From: Melioribacteraceae bacterium
Lineage (GTDB): Bacteria > Bacteroidota > Ignavibacteria > Ignavibacteriales > Melioribacteraceae
DNA length: 32,000 nt
Direction of reading: 5' to 3'
Assembly (NCBI GenBank): GCA_963667875.2
Contig: CAXXGC010000008.1
Coordinates: 188,191 to 220,190 of the forward strand
A program made the translations under genes and the position numbers. Each line of letters begins with the position of its first letter. Within the stretch, counting starts at the first letter, position 1. This document shows positions 8,344-15,449 of the stretch, one piece after another. Below the pieces are notes generated by a model. It worked only from the letters and a program-made list of their open reading frames with translations. It had not been told where the DNA came from and did no database searches.

Positions 8344-11235
8344 TATGATGATGGAATAAATTCTCTTAAACAACATGATGTAAAAAAACGTTTGGACGAA
8401 TTAAAAGAAGCACTTCACAAAAGAATAAAAAGAATGAGGCGGATAAACGATGCGCCCGGTAATTTACCCGCACCAAACGCCCGTTTTGTAGGCCGTGAAA
8501 ACGAAATACAAAAACTTCACTCATCTGTTGGTTTGTGTAAGTTTGGTATAATAACCGCAGTACATGGTTTGGGCGGAATGGGTAAAACCGCTTTAGCTTT
8601 TCAGTATGCTTATGCTTATGCCGATTTTTACCCCGGCGGAAGGTGGTATATAAACTGCACTAACGAAACCGGTTTAGCTGCCGCATTAAAAAAACTGGAT
8701 TTAGATCTTAATATAGAATTTACGGAAGATGAAAAAAAAGACGATATCAGGGGTGCAAAACGTATATTAGACAAGCTGGGAAAACTTGCAACTGAAGGTT
8801 CAAAAAAACGTGAAGGAGAAAAAGACCCGCCCCAATCCGCAGCACTTATATTGCTTGACAATGTAGACAATCCCGAAATTATTAAACCCGAAGAAACAAA
8901 TATCATTTCAGGAAAAGACTGGTTAAAAGTTTTAATTACCACCAGAAAAGGAATCGAAGATTTTGGTTCGGATGAAACAAAACAATCTTTTATTCCGGTT
9001 GACAAACTCCCTTTTGATGATGCACTTAGTTTAATAAAAAGTTACCAGCCTTATGGAATATTTAAAGATAAAAACGAAATAGAAAGTGCCGGTAAAATTG
9101 TAATTTTGCTTGACGGTTTTACATTAGCCGTTGAAATAGCTGCTGTATATTTACACGATCAAAATGGCTATATTTCTTGTGCCGATTATCTTAATATGCT
9201 TCAAAGAGATGGTTTAGTTGCAAGTGTTGAATATGCAGGCGATAAATCCAAAACCGCAATAAACCATACAAAACTTATTACGGCAACATTAAAACCAACT
9301 TTAGAACTTCTTTCAAACGAAGAAAAATTAATATTAAATTATGCATCCTTATTACCTCCCGAATCTATTCCAGTTGTATGGTTAAAAGCTCTGGTTACCG
9401 CACAATATCCTGAACTTGGAGAAGATGTTTTACCCGGAATTATTGACCCTTGGTTAATAAAAATAAACCACCTTTTTAGTTTACGTTTATTGCAGATAGT
9501 TGACTTAGGCACTGATGGACTTACTCCGCAAATAGTGCGTATTCATCGTCTTGTTCAGGAGGTTATTTTAGTAGATTTGGAGGGGAAAGACACTTTTACT
9601 GCTAACTTATTTGAACATTGTTTAAGTCGTTCCGCATATCTTGAAACCAACTGGTATAATAAAAGCGACCAATGGGAAATAAACCCGCTTGTAAATTTTA
9701 CGGAACTACTTTTGGATAAATCGAATGTCGATGCACCCCAATTAGTTATTTATCTTGGGCAATGTTTGCATGGACTTCATTTTAATAATAGGCACAAAAA
9801 AATTCTTTTACATGCTGTAAAACTATTACAAAACAAAGATAATTATAAACAAACCGACCTTGCAGTTTTATATTCTAATCTTGCGGCTGTCGAAAAGGCT
9901 TTGGGGAACTTTAAAAACGCTAAAGATTATTTGCTTAAAGCTGTTAATATTGATGAGCTTAATTTTGCGCCTGACCATCCCGCGCTGGCTACTTTATATT
10001 CCAACCTTGCAATGATTGAAAAGGATTTGGGGAATCTAAAAGATGCTAAAGATTATTTACTAAAGGCTATTAATATTGCTGAGCTTAATTTTGCGCCTAA
10101 CCATCCCACGCTGGCTACTTTATATTCCAACCTTGCACTTGTTGAAAGGCCTTTGGGGAATCTAAAAGATGCCAAAGATTATTTGCTAAAAGCAATAAAA
10201 ATCGGTGATGTAAGTTATGAGCCTAACCATCCTACTCTATCAACTTATTATTCCAACCTTGCAATGGTTGAAAGGGATTTGGGGAATTTGATAGATACTA
10301 AGGAGTATTCCCTTAAAGCAATAAAAATCGGGGAAGTAAATTATGAGCCTAACCATCCTCAATTGGCTATTTATAATTCCAACCTTGCATTAGTTGAACA
10401 GGATTTAGGGAATCTAAAAGAAGCTAAAGATTTTTTGCTTAAAGCAGTTACAATTGATGAACTTAATTATGAACCTAACCATCCAAATCTGGCAAGAGAT
10501 TATTCCAACCTTGCTACTGTTGAACAGGCTTTGGGGAACTTAAAAGATGCTAAAGACTATTTGCTTAAATCAATAAAAATCGGCGAGGTAAGTTATGAAC
10601 CCAACCATCCTCAATTGGCTATTTATTATTCCAACCTAGCAATGGTTGAACAGGATTTGGGGAATTTGATAGATGCTAAAGATTATTTGTTTAAAGCTGT
10701 TAAAATTGATGAACTAAATTTTGAGCTTAACCATCCTAATCTGGCCATAGATTATTCCAACCTTGCAACTGTTGAACAGGAGCTAGGGAACTTAACTTGT
10801 GCTAAAGATTATTTGCTTAAAGCGGTTAAAATTGATGAACTTAATTTTGCGCCTAACCATCCCACGCTGGCTTCTTTATATTCCAACCTAGCAATGGTTG
10901 AACAGGATTTGGGGAACTTAATGGAGGCACTGGTATTAATAAAAAATGCTGTTAGAATTGATGAATTTAATTTTGGAGAAAACCATATTAATTTAACCAC
11001 ATCACTTAATAACCTTGCAATGTTGCTGCAAAATAATAATCAATTAGATGAAGCTGAAAAAATAAGCCAAAAAGTGGTAAATATTTTTCTTAATTATGCA
11101 CGTACTACCGGACAAATACACCCACATTTAAAACGGGCAACAAATAATTATGTAATTTTGCTGCAAAAAATGGGCTGGAGTGAAGAGCAAATAATGGCAC
11201 AATTACATAAAATAGCACCGGAATTGTTTAAATAA
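7924..11235 (+). CDS. TIR domain / NB-ARC-type STAND NTPase / TPR-repeat protein, paralog 2
   Basis: 1103-aa ORF that starts 38 nt after paralog 1, with AGGGA upstream of the ATG. It has the same N-terminus (MPYDIFISYARADN...SEYCNWE), P-loop GLGGMGKT, Walker B LILLDNV, VLITTR, GFTLAVEIAA and RIHRL. About 10 tandem 42-aa TPR units follow, then a divergent C-terminal TPR-like cap. Confidence 0.9.
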   Translation: MPYDIFISYARADNADGRVTELKKQIETDYFAFAKEELKCFFDTKDIKCMDDWEHNILKALKQSHLLLVILSPGYLKSEYCNWEITEYLKYEYSRAVQGDGVAQIYFVEIPDLDKPGFFEKKVEWINKVKFRQRIDLRPWYDDGINSLKQHDVKKRLDELKEALHKRIKRMRRINDAPGNLPAPNARFVGRENEIQKLHSSVGLCKFGIITAVHGLGGMGKTALAFQYAYAYADFYPGGRWYINCTNETGLAAALKKLDLDLNIEFTEDEKKDDIRGAKRILDKLGKLATEGSKKREGEKDPPQSAALILLDNVDNPEIIKPEETNIISGKDWLKVLITTRKGIEDFGSDETKQSFIPVDKLPFDDALSLIKSYQPYGIFKDKNEIESAGKIVILLDGFTLAVEIAAVYLHDQNGYISCADYLNMLQRDGLVASVEYAGDKSKTAINHTKLITATLKPTLELLSNEEKLILNYASLLPPESIPVVWLKALVTAQYPELGEDVLPGIIDPWLIKINHLFSLRLLQIVDLGTDGLTPQIVRIHRLVQEVILVDLEGKDTFTANLFEHCLSRSAYLETNWYNKSDQWEINPLVNFTELLLDKSNVDAPQLVIYLGQCLHGLHFNNRHKKILLHAVKLLQNKDNYKQTDLAVLYSNLAAVEKALGNFKNAKDYLLKAVNIDELNFAPDHPALATLYSNLAMIEKDLGNLKDAKDYLLKAINIAELNFAPNHPTLATLYSNLALVERPLGNLKDAKDYLLKAIKIGDVSYEPNHPTLSTYYSNLAMVERDLGNLIDTKEYSLKAIKIGEVNYEPNHPQLAIYNSNLALVEQDLGNLKEAKDFLLKAVTIDELNYEPNHPNLARDYSNLATVEQALGNLKDAKDYLLKSIKIGEVSYEPNHPQLAIYYSNLAMVEQDLGNLIDAKDYLFKAVKIDELNFELNHPNLAIDYSNLATVEQELGNLTCAKDYLLKAVKIDELNFAPNHPTLASLYSNLAMVEQDLGNLMEALVLIKNAVRIDEFNFGENHINLTTSLNNLAMLLQNNNQLDEAEKISQKVVNIFLNYARTTGQIHPHLKRATNNYVILLQKMGWSEEQIMAQLHKIAPELFK
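8485..9565 (+). other. NB-ARC-like STAND NTPase module of paralog 2
   Basis: Walker A GLGGMGKT at 8566-8589, Walker B Asp at 8857-8859, TTR, GFTLAV, and an IHR (MHD-like) motif with its His at 9544-9546. Boundaries are approximate. Confidence 0.75.
9847..11106 (+). repeat. Coding tandem array, about 10 units of 126 bp (42-aa TPR units)
   Basis: The units follow the same consensus as paralog 1 (NHPxLAxxYSNLAxVExxLGNLxDAKDYLLKAxKIxExN[FY]xP). The last unit is degenerate. Confidence 0.9.
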
Positions 11236-11294
11236 CTTTACAATAAATACATTATTTTATAAAGGTTAATAAATGGATTTTTTTTGGAGAAAAG

Positions 11295-12200
11295 ATGAAA
11301 ACAATTTTAGTTACAGGGGATTTTATAATTTGCCATAACATTAAAAAAACCAAATCATTAAATTGGTCAGGTAATAACAGGGCGGACACCGTTATAAACA
11401 CACAACCCGGCGGAGGCTGGTTTATTAAAGAACTGTTAAACCTTATGTATAAAAAAGAGAATATTAATATTATAACTCCCCAATATACCGATTCTGCTGA
11501 TAAAGGTTATCAAATTTGGTCCAAGTTTAATAACATATGGCGGATTGAAGGTTTTTTAGGTAATGAACTAAATGAAAACAACGAACAAATTTATTCTGGT
11601 TTTTACCCTGAGCTGACAAAAAACGAATATCCCGATACGATATTTATAGACGACTTAGGCCTAAATTTTGCCGAAAACGAAAAGATTATTGTTTCCTTAT
11701 TAGATTACCTAAATAGCTGTACAGATATTATATTAAAAACAAAAACCCACAAATATAATTCCAGGTTATGGAACACTTTAAAACAGTATAATTTATTGGA
11801 TAAAACTACTGTGGTTACAACTTCCGATTCGTTAAGAAAAGGCGGGGCTAATATTTCGCGTAGTTTATCGTGGGATAAAACCATAGAGGATACAGCCGAA
11901 GAATTAAAAAACGGATATTTTAATGACGTTTTTAAAAATTGCAAAAGGATTATTATATTATACGATAAATTTGGTATAGGTTGTTTTACAACAAAATCGC
12001 AGACTAATAGATTTTCAGGAACGGATATTCACGAAGGCAAATTATCGTTTGAAAAATTTGTATATGACACAAAAAATTATGAGGGAGCTTGGGAAAATAA
12101 AAACGAGGGATTTTTATGCGGTTCGCTTTCATTGTTGGCTACAGCTTCAACATTAATTAACAACCAACAAAAACTTTCAATAAGTTATATTTTTAAAATG
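11295..12200 (+). other. Ribokinase (PfkB)-like domain, probably catalytically degenerate
   Basis: By-eye alignment of the GD..h..(gap)..PGG(G/A) N-terminal motifs, the TIFIDDLG and TTVVTTSDSLRKGG strands, and KRIIILYDKFGIGCF, to the PfkB fold. This is a remote call and needs HHpred or structure prediction. Confidence 0.4.
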
Positions 12201-13919
12201 GTATTAAGTTCAATACATAAATATCACGAGTATGGCGGCGGAACCGGTTTACAAATAGATTTTTCAGAAAGCAAAAAATTTATAAAAGAGCTGTTTAATT
12301 TTCATCAATTATCACCCGTAGAAGCTGAACTTAATAACAAGGAGATATTAAAAAATTTGAAACAGTTTTATTCCGCATACCCAAAATATTATAAACTTGC
12401 CGAATACGGGTTAAAGGAAATCCGTTCACGTTTTCAATCAAATATTTTAGTCGATTATTGCGGAAAAGGCGAGGAATTTTTATATGCAAAAGCTTTCGAA
12501 ATTATAATAACAGGTCATAAAAACGCGCTAAAACCGGTACCAATGGCAAGTTACGGTAAATATTTTACATTTGACCGCGATGAAATTGAAAGAATAAATT
12601 TTATACAAAACCTGATAAACACATATCAAGTTAATTTAACGGATAAACGCCCTTTATCTTTTGCGGTTTTTGGCGCGCCCGGTTCAGGTAAATCGTTTGC
12701 AATTAAAGAACTATTAAATACTATTTTTAGAACTGCAAAAGATCTGCTTGTTTTTAATCTTACTCAAATTCATGATATAAACGATTTATATCAAGCTTTT
12801 AATCTTGTACAAAACAGTGCGGTCAAAGGGGTTTTACCTTTGGTTTTTTGGGATGAGTTTGATAATATGGACAATATGTGGTTAAAAGACTTTTTAGCAC
12901 CAATGCAGGACGGAGAATATAATAATAACGGTATAAACCATACAATTGGAAGAGCAATATTTGTTTTTGCCGGCGGAACGTGTAATTCGTTTGAGGAATA
13001 CGAAAGTAAAGTGCATAAGACAGAAGGAATAAAAGGCCCCGATTTTATCAGCCGCTTGCGTGGTTATGTTAATATTAAAGGGCCAAACCCGGAAATACAG
13101 CCAAACAATATCAAAAGTTCCGACTATGCTTATTTAATCAGGCGGGCATTGTTAATTCGTTTTCATCTTGAAACACACCATCGGGGTATTTTTGACGCTG
13201 ATTTTATTCCGTCTATTAACCCCGGTGTAATTAACGCACTTCTTAAAACCAAAGAATATAAACATGGTTCCCGATCGGTTGAGTCGATAATCAGTTCAAG
13301 TTACACGGAAAGTAATAACCATTTTGGTTTTTCATCACTTCCTTCACCACAGTTATTAAATATTCACGCAGATGGCGATTTTATGACTTTAATTGACGAA
13401 GGAGAATTGGAGAACGATTTTATTGAATTAATTGCTGCATCCGCACATCAATATTGGATGGAGGAAAAGAAAAACCAAGGGTATAAATTCGGCCCCACAA
13501 GAAATGATAAAGGAGAAAATAAAACTCATCCCCAATTAATTCCCTATAATAAGTTAGATGAGGAATGGAAAGAACGGAACAGAAAAACCGCCCGTTTAAC
13601 AAAAGCAAAATTTGCAAAAATAGGATATTCGTTAATTCCAAAATTTAAACAGGAAGCTAACGATTTGGATATAACCTCAATTATTGAAAAAAACAAAACA
13701 AATTTGTTAAATATAGAACACGAAATTTGGCTTCGCGGACAACTTATAGAAGGTTACGAGTACAACGAAATTACTAATGACGACCTTTTACTTCACAAAG
13801 ATATTACAACAACTGGTAAATTGTTAAATTCCGCGGAAATAAAACTTGATGAAGCAATAATAGAAGCTACCCAAAAAGCGTTGGTGGAATCGGGATATAA
13901 ATTGCGTTTAATTAAATAA
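11295..13919 (+). CDS. Multidomain protein: ribokinase/PfkB-like N-terminal domain (degenerate) + classical AAA+ ATPase + tandem RyR (ryanodine-receptor repeat) domains
   Basis: 874-aa ORF starting 59 nt after paralog 2, with GGAGA upstream of the ATG. The N-terminus ILVTGDFIICHNI...(about 25 aa)...QPGGGWFIKELLNL parallels the ILVVGDxMLDRY...PGGAANVA layout of PfkB/HldE-type kinases. The GAGD anion-hole motif is replaced (NEGFLCGSLSLLA). The AAA core has FAVFGAPGSGKSFAIKELL (Walker A), LVFWDEFD (Walker B), IFVFAGGT and GPDFISRLRG. The C-terminus AASAHQYWMEEKKNQGYKFGPTRNDKGENKTHPQLIPYNKLDEEWKERNRKTAR matches the RyR repeat (PF02026-type) pattern. Confidence 0.8.
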   Translation: MKTILVTGDFIICHNIKKTKSLNWSGNNRADTVINTQPGGGWFIKELLNLMYKKENINIITPQYTDSADKGYQIWSKFNNIWRIEGFLGNELNENNEQIYSGFYPELTKNEYPDTIFIDDLGLNFAENEKIIVSLLDYLNSCTDIILKTKTHKYNSRLWNTLKQYNLLDKTTVVTTSDSLRKGGANISRSLSWDKTIEDTAEELKNGYFNDVFKNCKRIIILYDKFGIGCFTTKSQTNRFSGTDIHEGKLSFEKFVYDTKNYEGAWENKNEGFLCGSLSLLATASTLINNQQKLSISYIFKMVLSSIHKYHEYGGGTGLQIDFSESKKFIKELFNFHQLSPVEAELNNKEILKNLKQFYSAYPKYYKLAEYGLKEIRSRFQSNILVDYCGKGEEFLYAKAFEIIITGHKNALKPVPMASYGKYFTFDRDEIERINFIQNLINTYQVNLTDKRPLSFAVFGAPGSGKSFAIKELLNTIFRTAKDLLVFNLTQIHDINDLYQAFNLVQNSAVKGVLPLVFWDEFDNMDNMWLKDFLAPMQDGEYNNNGINHTIGRAIFVFAGGTCNSFEEYESKVHKTEGIKGPDFISRLRGYVNIKGPNPEIQPNNIKSSDYAYLIRRALLIRFHLETHHRGIFDADFIPSINPGVINALLKTKEYKHGSRSVESIISSSYTESNNHFGFSSLPSPQLLNIHADGDFMTLIDEGELENDFIELIAASAHQYWMEEKKNQGYKFGPTRNDKGENKTHPQLIPYNKLDEEWKERNRKTARLTKAKFAKIGYSLIPKFKQEANDLDITSIIEKNKTNLLNIEHEIWLRGQLIEGYEYNEITNDDLLLHKDITTTGKLLNSAEIKLDEAIIEATQKALVESGYKLRLIK
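12627..13155 (+). other. AAA+ ATPase module
   Basis: Walker A GAPGSGKS at 12672-12695 and Walker B DE at 12852-12857. A sensor-1-like GGT and an Arg-rich ISRLRG segment lie downstream. Confidence 0.75.
13419..13916 (+). other. Two RyR-type repeats (first canonical at 13419-13640, second degenerate at 13701-13916)
   Basis: Repeat 1 is FIELIAASAHQYWMEEKKNQGYKFGPTRNDKGENKTHPQLIPYNKLDEEWKERNRKTARLTKAKFAKIGYSL. Repeat 2 is NIEHEIWLRGQLIEGYEYNE...LLLHKDITTTGKLLNSAEIKLDEAIIEATQKALVESGYKL. Both follow the pattern A..H..W......G[WY].[FY]G.......HP.L.P...L....K..[DN]R. Confidence 0.65.
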
Positions 13920-14068
13920 AATAAACGGTTGTTGCAAACTGCAAAAGGCTAATAAAATGTAACACTTTCAGCGTTATTACGCAATATATTGATTTTCGCT
14001 AAATAAATTTCAATTTGGATTAGTGAATTATATAAAAGAGGTTATCTTAAAAGTCTAAATGTAATACA

Positions 14069-14245
14069 GGGTACTCACCCGTCTCAAAATCAGCCGGGCG
14101 TGGCCCCTGACTCTCCCGCTGTGCGGGACAAGCTCTATTCTTAAAAATAGTGGGGTGACTGTAAAAGCATATAAAACAATGATTTGTAAGGATTTGTGTC
14201 TCCTCTCTTTTTAAGAGAGGAGATTAAGAGGTGAGTTCGTTTTTT
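14069..14245 (+). other. GC-rich, hairpin-dense non-coding element (candidate small RNA, REP-like element or insertion scar)
   Basis: It sits in a 378-nt convergent spacer. A GC-rich core (CACCCGTCTC..AGCCGGGCGTGGCCCCTGACTCTCCCGCTGTGCGGGACAAGCTC) stands out from the AT-rich background. Hairpins are CCCGC-TGT-GCGGG (14115-14127) and TCTCCTCTC-N7-GAGAGGAGA (14199-14223). A possible long-range helix pairs ACTCACC (14073-14079) with GGTGAGT (14230-14236), followed by a T6 run. Strand and function are unknown. Confidence 0.25.
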
Positions 14246-14297
14246 AATTTTTACACAGACTGTTAAGCCTGCTCTTTTTTTCTAAACACAAAACCAT

Positions 14298-15434
14298 TTA
14301 TTTCTTTTTAATAATTACTTTACCCATATTTGAAGTAAGTTCAACCCTGACGGAGCCATTGCCTATTACTGCGTCGGCGTTAATTTCTTCCCAATCATCA
14401 TTATCAATATTTAATTTAAAATCACTTTTTATATAATCGTCCATATCTTCCGAACCGTTTCCTTTAACTTGAACTTTTATTTTCATCCCTAAATTTTCCG
14501 GAACAGTTAAATAAATATTGCCTGCCATTGTTGAAATATTAATTTCACCGTTTTCAGGACAGCCATTTAAGTTAACCGTAATATTGCCGCCCATAGTTTT
14601 TGCTTCAATTTCGCCATCCATTTCATCAACTTTAATATCACCGCCCATAGTTGTAACTTTCAGATCATCTTTTGCCGAATTAATTTCAATATTGCCCCCC
14701 ATGGTTGTAATTATTGATTCGGTTAAAACTTTATCAACTTTAATATCACCGCCCATAGTTTTTATTGTAATTTCATCAAGGCTCGATTTATTTTCTTTAA
14801 GTGTAACATTTTTTTGATGTATTTCGCCACCCATAGTTTCAACACTTAAATTTCCGGTAACATCTTCCATTCTAATTTCACCGCCCATGGTTTTTACTTT
14901 TCCGTCAAGCGTACATTTATATAAAGTTATTTCACCACCCATGGTTTGGCAATTTGCACTACCATTTAAATCCGAAAAATTTAATTCGCCCCCCATAGTT
15001 TTGCCTCTTAAATCGCCGGTAATATTCTTTAAAGTAACATCACCCCCCATTGTTATATATTCAACACTGTATTTAACGGGTACTTTAACAAACACTTTTG
15101 CATCATATTTTGCGTTTTTATGTTTGTTTGTTAACTTAGCATTTATTTCAACACCTTCGGATGTTTCGTTAATATCATAAGTAACTCTGTCGGCATTTTT
15201 ACCGGTGGTTTGGCAAACAACATTAACTACTTCTTTATCCCAGCCTGTAACTTCAATTTCAGCACCAATTTCCAAATTAATATTAACTTTTAAACCCGAT
15301 TTTGTGTTAAAACTTTTATCAATTTTTTCAGGTGTAACATTGTTGTCTTTGTAAAAAACATTATTAATACCGCTTAATGGATAAGCACCCATAAACAGAA
15401 CCATAACAATTGCAATTTTAATATAATTTTTCAT
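14298..15434 (-). CDS. DUF4097-like secreted beta-helical repeat protein (TMGG[DE]I repeats)
   Basis: 378 aa with an N-terminal signal-like hydrophobic segment. About ten 18-aa repeats are each anchored by TMGG[DEN]I, as seen in DUF4097 / LiaF-C-terminal-type domains. It is the last gene of the ECF sigma operon. Confidence 0.7.
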   Translation of the reverse strand: MKNYIKIAIVMVLFMGAYPLSGINNVFYKDNNVTPEKIDKSFNTKSGLKVNINLEIGAEIEVTGWDKEVVNVVCQTTGKNADRVTYDINETSEGVEINAKLTNKHKNAKYDAKVFVKVPVKYSVEYITMGGDVTLKNITGDLRGKTMGGELNFSDLNGSANCQTMGGEITLYKCTLDGKVKTMGGEIRMEDVTGNLSVETMGGEIHQKNVTLKENKSSLDEITIKTMGGDIKVDKVLTESIITTMGGNIEINSAKDDLKVTTMGGDIKVDEMDGEIEAKTMGGNITVNLNGCPENGEINISTMAGNIYLTVPENLGMKIKVQVKGNGSEDMDDYIKSDFKLNIDNDDWEEINADAVIGNGSVRVELTSNMGKVIIKKK

Positions 15435-15449
15435 TTTATCCCCGTTAGT

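Noticed and set aside
6881-11106. The regular 126-bp periodic repeats could be mistaken for a CRISPR or satellite array.
   Set aside because: The periodicity is in frame within long ORFs and encodes canonical 42-aa TPR units. There is no repeat/spacer alternation and no cas genes.
11705-13641. Antisense ORFs 11705-11944 and 13420-13641 inside the AAA+/RyR gene.
   Set aside because: They are short, have no motifs, and are embedded in a well-supported sense ORF.
14199-14223. The perfect 9-bp hairpin TCTCCTCTC/GAGAGGAGA as a canonical bidirectional terminator for gene 3 and the DUF4097 gene.
   Set aside because: No U-run immediately follows it on either strand, since the nearest T6 is 16 nt downstream on the + strand. 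It is kept only as part of the candidate structured element.
4503-14297. A search for mobility or known-defence hallmarks around the cassette: integrase, transposase, tRNA target, flanking direct repeats, a Thoeris-type ThsA/SLOG gene, or CBASS/Pycsar cyclases.
   Set aside because: None was found by eye on either strand, so I make no claim that the island is mobile or belongs to a named multi-gene TIR system.
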